Positions 38,959-49,400 of a stretch of DNA of 64,000 nucleotides are shown here, piece by piece. A program made the translations under genes and the position numbers. Position 1 is the first letter of the stretch. Each line of letters opens with the position of its first letter. The notes beneath the pieces are model-generated. The model was not told where the DNA came from and ran no database searches. It worked only from the letters and a program-made list of their open reading frames with translations. Origin of the DNA: Squalus acanthias (taxonomy: Eukaryota); contig JASTWF010000323.1 in the NCBI GenBank assembly GCA_030390025.1, positions 1-64,000 of the forward strand. Reading direction: 5' to 3'.

Positions 38959-40160
38959 GTGGATGTGGTGTATTTGGACTTTCAGAAGGCTTTCGATAAG
39001 GTCCCGTATAAGAGATTAGCATGCAAAGTTAAAGCACATGGGATTGGGGATAAAGTACTGAGTTGGAAAGAGAACTGGTTGGCAGACAGGAAGCAAAGAG
39101 TTGGAATAAATGGGTCTTTTTCCGAGTGGCAGGCAGTGACTAGTGGGGTACCGCAGGGATCGGTCCTAGGACTCCAGTTATTCACAATATATATTAATGA
39201 TCTAGACGAGGGAACTAGATGTAATATCCCCAAGTTTGCAGACGACACAAAGCTGGGTGGGCGTGTGAGTTGTGAGGAGGATGCAGAGAAACTCCAGTAT
39301 GATTTGGAAAAGTTGGGTGATTGGGCAGATGCATGGCAGATGCAGTATAATGTGGATAAATGCGAGGTTATCCAGTTTGGTGGCAAAAACTGGGAGGCAG
39401 ATTATTATCTGAAGGGCTATAGATTGGGAAAAGGGGAAGTGCACCGAGACCTGGGAGTCCTTGTGCACCAGTCGTTGAAGGTAAGCATGCAGGTGCAGCA
39501 GGCGGTTAAGAAGGCAACTGGTATGTTGGCCTTCATAGCGAGAGGATTCGAGTACAGGAGCAAGGATGACTTGCTGCAGTTGTACAGGGCCTTGGTGAGA
39601 CAACACCTTGAGTATTGTGTGCAGTTTTGGACGCCTTATCTGAGGAAGGATGTTCTTGCCATGGAGGGAGTGCAACGAAGATTCACCAGACTGATACCTG
39701 GGATGGCAGGAATGACGTATGAAGAGAGATTGGGACGATTGGGCTTGTATTCGCAAGAGTTTAGAAGAATGAGAGGGGATCTAATTGAAACGTATACAAT
39801 TCTAACAGGACTAGAGAGACTAGATGCAGGAAGGATGTTCCCGATGGCGGTGGAGTCCAGAACCAGTGGTCCCAGTCTAAGGATAAGGGGCAAGCCATTT
39901 CGGACTGAGGTGAGGAGGAATTTCTTCACCCAGAGAGTGGTGAACCTGTGGAATTCTCTACCACAGAAGGCAGTTTATCAAATTCATTAAATATATTCAA
40001 GAAGGAGTTAGATATGTTTCTTAAGGCTAAGGGGATCAGGGATATGTGGAGAAAGCAGGGACAGGATACTGAATTTGGATGATCAGACATGATCTCATTA
40101 AATGGCGTTGCAGGCTCGAGGTGCCGAATGCCCTACTCCTGCTCCTATCTTCTGTTTCTA
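38959..40160 (+). mobile_element. Young 5'-truncated CR1 with an uninterrupted 343-codon RT C-terminal frame
   Basis: DVVYLDFQKAFDKVP...GVPQGSVLG...FADDTKL...LEYCVQFW, followed by a CR1 3' UTR. Confidence 0.95.
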
Positions 40161-43100
40161 CAATATCAATCAATAATGCAAATATTAAAGATCTAATACA
40201 AATCCTTAATAATAAACATGAATCATTAATGAAAATATTAAAGATCTATTGCAAATCCTTAATAAATAATATCAATCAATAATTCAAATATTAAAGATAT
40301 ATTGCAACACCATAATTAATAATCTGAATCAATTATGAAATATTAAAGATATTTTACAATCCTTAATAAATAACATCAATCAATAATGCAAATATTAAAG
40401 ATCAATTGCAAATCCATAATAAATAACTTTCATCAATCATTCAAATATTAACAATCTATGGCAAATCCAGAATAAATAATATGGCTGAATAATGCAAATG
40501 TTAAATATCTGATAAAAACCCTAAATTAATAACATCAATCAATAATGCAAATATTAAAGATCTATTAAAAATCCTTCAAAAATAACATCAATAATGCAAA
40601 TATTAAGGATCTATTACAAATCCTTAATAAATAACATCAATCAAAAATGCAAATATTAAAGATCTATTGCAAATCCATGATAATGCAAATATTAAAGATC
40701 TATTACCAATCCATAATAAATAATATCAATCAATAATGGAAATATTAAAGATCTATTACAAATCCTTAATAAATAACATGGATCATTCATGCAAATATTA
40801 AAGGTCCATTACACATCCTTAATAAATACCATCAATCAATAATTCAAATTTTAAAGAGATATTGCAAATCAATAATTAATAATATAAATAAATTATGCAA
40901 ATATTAAAGAGCTATTACAAATCTGTAAAAAATATCAATCAAACATGCAAATATTAAAGATCTATGGCAAATCCATAATAAATAATATGGATCAATAATG
41001 CAAATATTAAAGATCTATTACAAATCCTTAATAAATAACATCGATCAATAATGCAAATATTAGTGATCTATTACAAAGCCTCAATAAATAACAAAGATCA
41101 TTAATGGAAATGTTAAAGATCTATTACAAATCCTTAATACATATCATCAATCAAGAATTAAAATAATAAAGATCTATTGCAAATCCATAATAAATAACTT
41201 CGATCAATCATTCAAATATTAAAGATCTATGGCAAATCCAGAATACATAATATGGATCAATAATGCATATATTAAAGATCTGTTAAAAATCTTTAATAAA
41301 TAACTTCGAACAGCAATGGAACTATTAAAAATCTATTGCAAATCCATAATAAATGCCATCAATAATGGAAATATTAAAGAACTATTACTAAACCTTCAAA
41401 AATAACATCAATAATGAAAATATTAAAGATCTAATACAAATCCTTAATAAATAACATCAATCAATAATGCAAATATTAAAGATCTATTACAAATCCTTAA
41501 TAAATAATATCAATAATGCAAATATTAAAGATCTATTGCAAATCCATAGTAAATAACATCGATCAATAATTCAAATAGTAATGATCTATTGCAAATCTTA
41601 CTAAATAAAATCAGTCAATAACGCAAATATTAAAGATCTATTACAAATTCTTAATAAATAACATCGATCAATAAAGCAAATATTAATTATCTGTTACAAC
41701 CCCTAAATATATAACATCAATTAATATTACAAATATTGAAGATGTATTACAAATTTTAATAAATGACATCAATAATGGAAATATTAAAGGACTATTACAA
41801 ATCCTTAATAAATAACATGGATCATTAATGCAAATATTAAAGATCTCTTGCAAACCCTGAACAAATAACATCAATCAATAATGCAAATATTAAAGATCTA
41901 TTACAAATCCTTCAAAAATAACATCAATAATGCAAATATTAAGGATCTATTACAATTCCTTAATAAATAAAATCAATCGATAATGCAAATATTAAAGCTC
42001 TATTACAAATCCTTAATAAATAACATGGATCATTGATGCAAATATTAAAGGTCCATTACACATCCTTAATAAATACCATCAATCAATAATTCAAATTTAA
42101 AAGAGATATTGCAAATCAATAATATCAATAAATTATGCAAATATTAAATAGTTATTGCAAATCCGTAAAAAATAACATCAATCAATAATGCAAAAATTAA
42201 AAATATTTTGCAAGTCCATAAAAATAATTTCGATCAATAATACAAATATTATAGGTCTATTACAAATCTTAATAAATAAAATCTATAATGGAAATATTAA
42301 AGGTCCATGACAAATCCTGAATAAATAACATCAATAATGCAAATATTAAAAATCTACTGGAAATCCATAATCAATTTCTTCGATCAATAATAAAAACATT
42401 GAAGATCTATTGCAAACATTTAATAAATAAAATCAATTAATAATGCAAATATAAAAGATCTGTGGCAAATCCATAATAAATAACAATAATCAATAATGTA
42501 AATATGAAAGATCTGTTAAAAATCCTTCATAAATAATATCGAACAATAATGCAAATATTACATAGCTGTTACAATCCCTTAATAACTATCATCAATCAAT
42601 AATGCAGATATTAAATAACTATTACAAATCCCAATTAAATAACATAAATAATGGAAATATTAAAGAACTATTACAAATCCTTAATAAATAACATCAATCA
42701 ATAATGCTAATATTATATATCTGTTACAAACCCTGAATAAATAACATCAATAATGGAAATATTAAAGAACTATTACAAATCCTTAATAAATAACATCAAT
42801 CAATAATGCTAATATTAAAGATCTATTACAAATCCTTAATAAATGACATTATTCAATAAAGCAATTATGAAAGATCTATTGCAAATGCATAATAAATAAT
42901 TTCAATCAATAATGCAAATATTAAAGATCTATTACAAATCCTTAATAAATAACATCAAAGCATAATTCAAATATTAAACATCTATTACTATTCTAGAATA
43001 AATAATATCAATTAATAATTCAAATATGATATATCTTTTACAAAACCGTATAGATAATATCGATCAATAATGCAAATATTAAATATATATTGCAAATGTA

Positions 43101-43319
43101 TAATATAATCAACATTGCAATATTAAAGATCTAATACTATAACATAATAAATCATATAATTAATCATTATCAATAATGAAATTGTTAAATATCTTTTATA
43201 AATGCATTATAAATAGTATTGATCAATAATGCAGATATTAAAGATCTATTGCAAATGCATAGTTCTACATGTGATCAGTAAGTAAATGTATACTATGTAT
43301 AATATTATGTAAATATGTA

Positions 43320-44075
43320 CAGCATAAAATTACAAAGAATTTACAGCACAGAAACAGGCCATTCAGCTCAATTGGTCCTAACGGCATTTATTCTCCACAA
43401 CGAGACTCCTCCCACCATTCGTCATCTAACCCTATCAACATATCGTTCCCTTCCTTTCTCCCTCATGTGCTTATCTATAATCTATTCACCGAAACTTGTT
43501 CATGTGTTAGCGAGTTCTGCATTCTCAGCACGCTCTGGGTAAAGAAGTTGCTGCTGAATTCCCTGTTGGATTGTTATCTTATATTGATGGCCCCCTAGAT
43601 CTCGCCTCAGCTATATGTGGAAACATATTTAATACGTTTACATTCATAATTTAAAGACCTCTATCAGCCCCCCCACTCAGCCATCTCTTTTCGAGAAAAA
43701 GAGCTCCAACCAGTTTAGTCTTTCCTGAAAGTGAGAACATCTCAGTTCTGGTATCATCTTGGAAATCCTTTTTCGCACCCTCTACAGTACCTCTACATCC
43801 TTTTTTGTAATATGGAGAACTAAACTTCGCACAGTAATGATCGAATACCTATCGCAATTGCATAAGTTTTAAATCTGATCGGCCGTTCCTTCATCGTCGC
43901 TGGGTCAAAATCCTGGTGCTCCCTCCCTAACAACACTGTGGGAGTACCATTCCCACACGGACTGCGGCGGTTCAAGAAGGAGGCTCACCACCACCTTCTC
44001 AAGGGGAATTAGGGATGGGCAATAAATGCTGGCCTTGACAGCGACGCCCACATTCCATGAACGAATAACAAAAAT
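43320..44075. mobile_element. Old CR1 3' remnant (minus, ~43320-43870) and LINE/SINE 3' end (plus, ~43885-44075)
   Basis: acagcacagaaacaggccattc-type CR1 end, then ...gctcaccaccaccttctcaagggg...aataaatgctggcc...gaataacaaaaa. Confidence 0.65.
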
Positions 44076-44272
44076 TAAAAGTATAAATAATAGGAATGTA
44101 AGAATTTCAATTTAAACTCCATGTTTGAACCTCTCCAATTAGGTTTCCGCCCCTGCCACAGCCCTGAAACTGTCCTAATCAAAATCACAAGCGAGAAGTG
44201 CCTTGGGAGATTTTGCTACGTAAAGACATTAAATAAACACGGTGCAATTTGTTTATAATGAAAATTACTTAC

Positions 44273-44306
44273 TCAGGTAACCGAGAATCAGCAGCAGAGT
44301 CCTCAT
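44273..44306 (-). CDS. Leader (signal peptide) coding part of exon 44322-44273
   Basis: ctttacttccag|AATATCACCCGGTGAG ATG AGG ACT CTG CTG CTG ATT CTC GGT TAC CTG A|gtaagt. MRTLLLILGYL + phase 1, joining exon A in frame to give ...ITDSALS/DPC. Confidence 0.85.
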
Positions 44307-44686
44307 CTCACCGGGTGATATTCTGGAAGTAAAGACACGGAATTTGTATTAGAGAGAGTTGAGGGAATGGGGGATCAGAGGGAACTTTAAATAGGGAGCT
44401 GGACAAGGTATCAGTGGGTATATCTATTTATAATGGGTGAGCTCTAACTCTCTTCCTCATTGAGACCCCTCTGGGAGCTCCACCTCCTTACATGTCCTTG
44501 ATAAACACCAATTCCTGACTCTCTTTCCAGCCTCCCGTTACAGAACCCTTTCTAATATTCTAACACAATTCTTTACTGAGCACAGTATTGGGTTAGGACA
44601 AGCGCTAAACACACCCTGAGTCCCTACTCAGCAAGTGACAAACTTCTGAGATTGTTCTAAAAGTCCATTCATACAAGTCTGCTTAC

Positions 44687-44800
44687 CAGAGTCTACAAAT
44701 GATGCTTCGCTGTGTGAGACGCAGTGGGTTCAGATCACCTGCACCCTCCCAGTCTCAGCTACAATCTGCTGTGAGCGGTGCCGGACTCAGTGACAGCTCA
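44687..44800 (-). other. Putative non-coding first exon (5' end uncertain)
   Basis: Strong donor CTCTG|gtaagc at 44687/44686 in non-repetitive, relatively GC-rich sequence upstream of the leader exon's acceptor. Confidence 0.45.
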
Positions 44801-44804
44801 TCCA

Positions 44805-44910
44805 CCAACTCCGCCCACATCAGAAACACGTGTGACTGAGGGCAGTGCTGGTTGGCTGACTGAATCTGGTTTAGTAATGTTCTTTCATATAGCAGAATTC
44901 ATGCAAATTA
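44805..44910 (-). promoter_or_regulatory. Putative promoter region
   Basis: Position upstream of the putative first exon; GC-box-like CCGCCC (~44810), E-box CACGTG (~44827), octamer ATGCAAAT (44901-44908). Motif-only evidence. Confidence 0.3.
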
Positions 44911-45114
44911 AAGACTTTTACTGAAATGATCTGAGCTAAACAGTAAGTAAACATCTGTTCTGCGCCCATGGTAACCAGCTGGGCTTTGCTGCTGTAACAT
45001 AACTTGTCTTCAGCTACCCAGCATGAAGGGTATAGGGAGATTGGAACTGGGGAGGGTCTGAGCATGTTATGGTCAGTATTGGGTAATGGTCTATGTTTAT
45101 TGGAACTTTAATTG

Positions 45115-46180
45115 GCATAAGAACATAATAAATAGGAGCAGGAGTAGGCTATTCGGCCCTTCGAGCCTGCTCCACCTTTCAAGAAGAGCATGACAGATTT
45201 TGTACCACAACTCCACCTTCCCGCCCTTTCCCCATATACCTTGGTTCCCTTAGTGCCAAAATACCTATCGATCTAAGCCTTGAAAATACTCCTCGACTGA
45301 GCACCACAGCCCTCTGTTGTAGAGAATTCCAAAGATTCACAACCCTCTGAGTGAAGACAATTCTCCTCATCACAGTCCTGGACGGCCGACCTCTTATCCT
45401 GACCCTATAACCCCCTAGTTCTTGACAGGGCAGCCAGTGAAAAACAGCCTCTCAGCATTTACCCTTTCAAGCCCTTTAAGAATTTTACACGTTTCAATGA
45501 CATCACCTCTCATTCTTCCAAACTCCAGAGAATATAAGCCCATTCGTCTTAAATTCTGCTCATAGAGCAGTCCTCTCTTCCCAGGAATCAATCTAGAGAA
45601 CATTCGCTGTACCCCCTCTTGCAAGTATATCCTTCCTTAGATAAGGAGACCAAAACTGCACACCGTACTTCACCTGTGGTCTTACCATTGCCCACTGTAA
45701 TTGCAGCAAAGCTTCCTTACTCGTATACTCCAACCCTCTTGTAATAAAGGCGAACATACCATTTGCCTTCCTAAATGCTTGCTGTACCTGCATGTTAACT
45801 TTCTGTGACTCGTGTACAAGAACCCCTAAATCCCTCTGAATACCAGCATTTACTAGTCTCTCACCTTTGAAAAAATATTCTGTTTGCCCATTCTTCAAAC
45901 CAAACTGGATAATTTCACACTTCCCCACATTATGCTCCATCTGCCACCTTCTTTCTCAATCACTTAACTGTTTATATCCCTTTGCAGCCTCCTGGTGTCC
46001 TCCTCACAGCATACTTTCCCACCTTTGTATCGTCAGCAAACTTGGACACATTACACAATGCCCCCTCATCTATGTCATTGATACAGTTTGTAAATAGCTG
46101 AGGCCAAAGCACTGATCCTTGTGGCACTCCACTAGTTACACCCAGTCATCCCGAAATTGTCCTGTTTATCCCTACTTCAA
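45115..46180 (-). mobile_element. CR1 3' fragment
   Basis: ORFs 45415-45940 (RDLGVLVHESQKVNMQVQQA..YGVQFWSPYLRKD); its 3' portion is duplicated at 12003-12883 and 23558-24438. Confidence 0.88.
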
Positions 46181-46499
46181 CAAATAGATTCCTGGGATGA
46201 GAGGTCTGTCCTAAGATGAGAGTGTAAGTCGAATGGGCCAATAATCTCTGGAGTTGAGAAGAATGAGAGGTGATCCCATTCAAGCTTATAAAATTATAAA
46301 ATCCAAATACAATACAGCCACTGGTTTGCCCCTCATATACCCTGCTACTTACACCTTAAAAAACTTTATTATATTTGTTAAACATAATTTCCCTTTCATG
46401 AAACTGTGTTGACTCTGACTAATCTTATTGCGAGTTTCCAAGTGTCCTGTTAGCACGTTCTTAATAAAATATTCTACCAATTCCCCTCCTACTGATATA

Positions 46500-49400
46500 A
46501 GGCTAACTGGGCACTGAGTGTTAAAGAGAGAATATCAAAGGGTCAATCCCTCCCATATCAGTAATGTGTCAGTAATGGGCAATGGTCTATCAGTAACACA
46601 CTCCAGTGTAGTGATTTCACTAATCCTTCGAGATGCGCACTCTTGGTGATTCTTGACATTCAAATTAAATACAGAGACCATCGCAGTCCCTTTATTGTCC
46701 CAGTGTTCGGGGGTGAGCAGCAGTCAAGTTCTGGGATATTGATATCTGATAAGGGGCCTCACAGTGCCGCGTGTCCTGTTTACACAAACACTCTCCCAGC
46801 TCGCTCGCTCTCCTAACGCTAGTTTGCATATGTTGCTAAATGTACTCCTGTGCCCTTTAAAGTATATTTTCCGTGTTCCTGATATGAACAATGTATTGTT
46901 CTCAGTCTGTCAGCATCATCTGACAAACATTACATCATAGAATCATAGAATGGTACAGCAGAGAATGAGGCCATTCGACCCATCGTATCTGTGTCGACAC
47001 TTTGAAAGAGCTGTCCAATTAAACCCACTCCCCTGCTGTTTCCCCATAGACATGTAAATCATGTCCCTGCAAAAATTCCGTTTTGAAAGTTATTATTGAA
47101 TCTGCTTCCACCGCCCTTTCAGGCAGCACATTGCAGATCACAACAGCTCGCTGTGTAAGAAAATGTTTGCTCATGTCGCCTCGGGTACTTTTACCAATCA
47201 CATTAAATCTGTGTCCTCTGATTACCGACCCTTCAGCCATTGGAAACAGTTTCTCCTTATTCACTCTATCAAAATCAGTCATGATTTTGAACACCTCTCT
47301 CAAATATCTCTGCTCTAATTAGACAAACTCCAGCTGCTCCAGTCTCTCCAAATAACTGAAGTCCCTTACCCATGGCAGCATTCTGCTTCTGCCCGAATCC
47401 ATTACCCAAAAATGAACCCTCAGCAATACCTCGGGATAGGCAATAAATGTTGGCTTGCCAGCGAAGCCCACATCCCATAAACGAATAATGAACAACATTG
47501 GGATGTATAGAGAAAACAAAGATGGTGATATCAGGAAGCACTTCATCACACGAAGTGTCTTGGGATCTGGAATTCTCTCAACCTAAAAGCTGTTGAGGCT
47601 GGGGGTCAATTAAAAGTTTGAAAATTAAGATTGATAGATATTTGTTGGGTAAGGGTATTAAAGTTACCTAACCAAGGCGGGCAGATGGAGTTAAGGTACA
47701 GATCAGCCATGCTCTGATTGATTGCTGGATCAGACTCGAGGGGCTGAATTGCCTCTTCCTGTTCCTATATTTCCATGTTTCTATGACCCTAAAAATTATC
47801 TCTCTGTCTCTCTTCCCCTTAGTTTACATTTGTTTTGAAATGAGCAGCCATGAGCTTCAGCCGATCTTATCCGTGCTTTTGATTTGGATATTTCATCATT
47901 CTCCCTCTGTGCAGCCTCTGACAAACAACACGCTCCATCACCCACCCACCCCCCCCCCCCACCCCGCCCTTTTGATGGTTGACATTGTCTTGCCTCTCAC
48001 ATACAGCGTATACAATTGAAATCAGTTAGCCACATTGGGAGCAAAGATCAGGCAGATTCAGAAGTGACGATGGGTCCAGTGTGGCATCGAGTTACTTCCT
48101 TGTATGCTGGAATTAACCCATGGGGATTCACAGATTCGGCAATATGGGGAGAATGGAGATTGATAAAACTGTCGAGGACCAGGCCTTGAACATGAGCTGG
48201 TTGGGAGTGCCCTTTTCACACAGTAACTCTGAGCAATCAGGTGCTACAAAAAGATTGAAATCACTGAGAGTACGGTAGCATCGTGATTATGTCACTGGAC
48301 TATTTATCCAGAGAACGATAGTTCAAATCCCACCCCCGGAAGTTTGAGAATTTGAATTCAAGTTTAAAAATCTGGCTTTGAAAAGCCTGGTATCAGTGAA
48401 AGTGGATGACACATGTAGTCGATTTATCCTGTGAATTTTATCTCGCTAACACTCAGTGTCCATTCATGTTCACATATACATGGGTGGGATGTGACTCTGA
48501 TATAGGTGGGATGTGTGTCTGATATGGGTGGGATTTGTCTCTGATATGGGAGGGGTTTCTGTACATTGATCCCTGAATCTCTTGGCTGCTCTACAGTTCC
48601 TAGTTTCTCACCATTAAGAAATTACTCTGCTCTGTCTTTCTCAGTTCTGAAGTGGATGAACTCACACGTACATGGGCACTCAGTGTGAGAAAGAGAATAT
48701 TCACAGGGAAAATCCCTCACATGTCAGTAATGGACAATGGTCTATCAGTAACACGCTCCATGTAGATATTACAGTAAATATCGACATATACAGTCTTCGT
48801 GATTCTCGATATTTAATTTAAATACAGACACCATCGCATCCCCTTACTGTCCCAGTGTTAGTGGGTGAGCAGCAGTCAGGGTCTGAGTCATTGATATCTC
48901 GTCAGGGGCCTCACAGTCTCGTATGTCCTGGTTAGACAATCGCTCTCTCTCCTCACTCTAGTTTGCATATGTTGCTAAATATAATCCTGTGCTCTTTAAA
49001 ATATATTTCCCCTGCTTCTGATGTGAAAATTCGATAGTCACAGAGAATAGAAAGATCAGGCGGACTCAGAAGTGACAATGGGTGCCGATTGGCAGCGAGT
49101 AACTTCCTTGTATGCTGGAATTAACTCATGGGGATTCACAGATTCGGCAATATGGGGAGAATAGAGATTGCTGAAACTCTCGGGGACCAGGCCTTAACAT
49201 GAGCTGATTGGGAATGAGATGGAAAGTCAGCCAGCCCTTTTAACGCACACTGTGACACTGAGCAATCAGGTGCTACCAAAAGATTGAGATCCCTGAGGGT
49301 ACGATAGCATAATGGTTATGTCATTGGAGAATTGATCCAGAGAACGAGAGTTCAAATCCCACCCCAGAAGTTTGGGAATTTGTATTCAAGTTTAAAAGTC

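Larger units (their letters stand above)
34180..43260. repeat. AT-rich ~53-bp satellite array (AATAAATAACATCAATCAATAATGCAAATATTAAAGATCTATTACAAATCCTT) in three blocks: 34180-34440, 36715-38955, 40161-43260
   Basis: Roughly 100 diverged tandem units of 49-53 bp, split by an L2 and a CR1. Confidence 0.95.
1..44322 (-). other. Uromodulin/GP2-like (D8C/D10C domain) gene locus, 5' part: leader exon plus three tandem 3-exon D8C cassettes; continues off the left edge
   Basis: Spliced leader + cassette 1 reads MRTLLLILGYLITDSALSDPCEDHTVLEDTWRSTDCIKNKCVVHEKRKSDKDLVQGWYRFKSSGGWKIPETEVPKDRCSTKHPGWLKGSHPTVGQGEVERTVCFTEKRNTDDETLEIKIKNCTSYFVYELKPTPESDMAYCT. It carries the UMOD/GP2/OIT3 motifs DPC..WRST, GWYRF, GW..HP..GEV.R.VC, IKNC..YFVY.L.PTP...AYC. 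All introns are GT-AG with compatible phases (1,2,1,1). Confidence 0.9.

Noticed and set aside
38959..39990. 343-aa ORF as a host gene or active retroelement
   Set aside because: It is a 5'-truncated CR1 RT fragment with no ORF1, endonuclease or true start codon.
34180..43260. CRISPR-like array
   Set aside because: Contiguous diverged tandem units without unique spacers, in a eukaryotic context with no cas genes.
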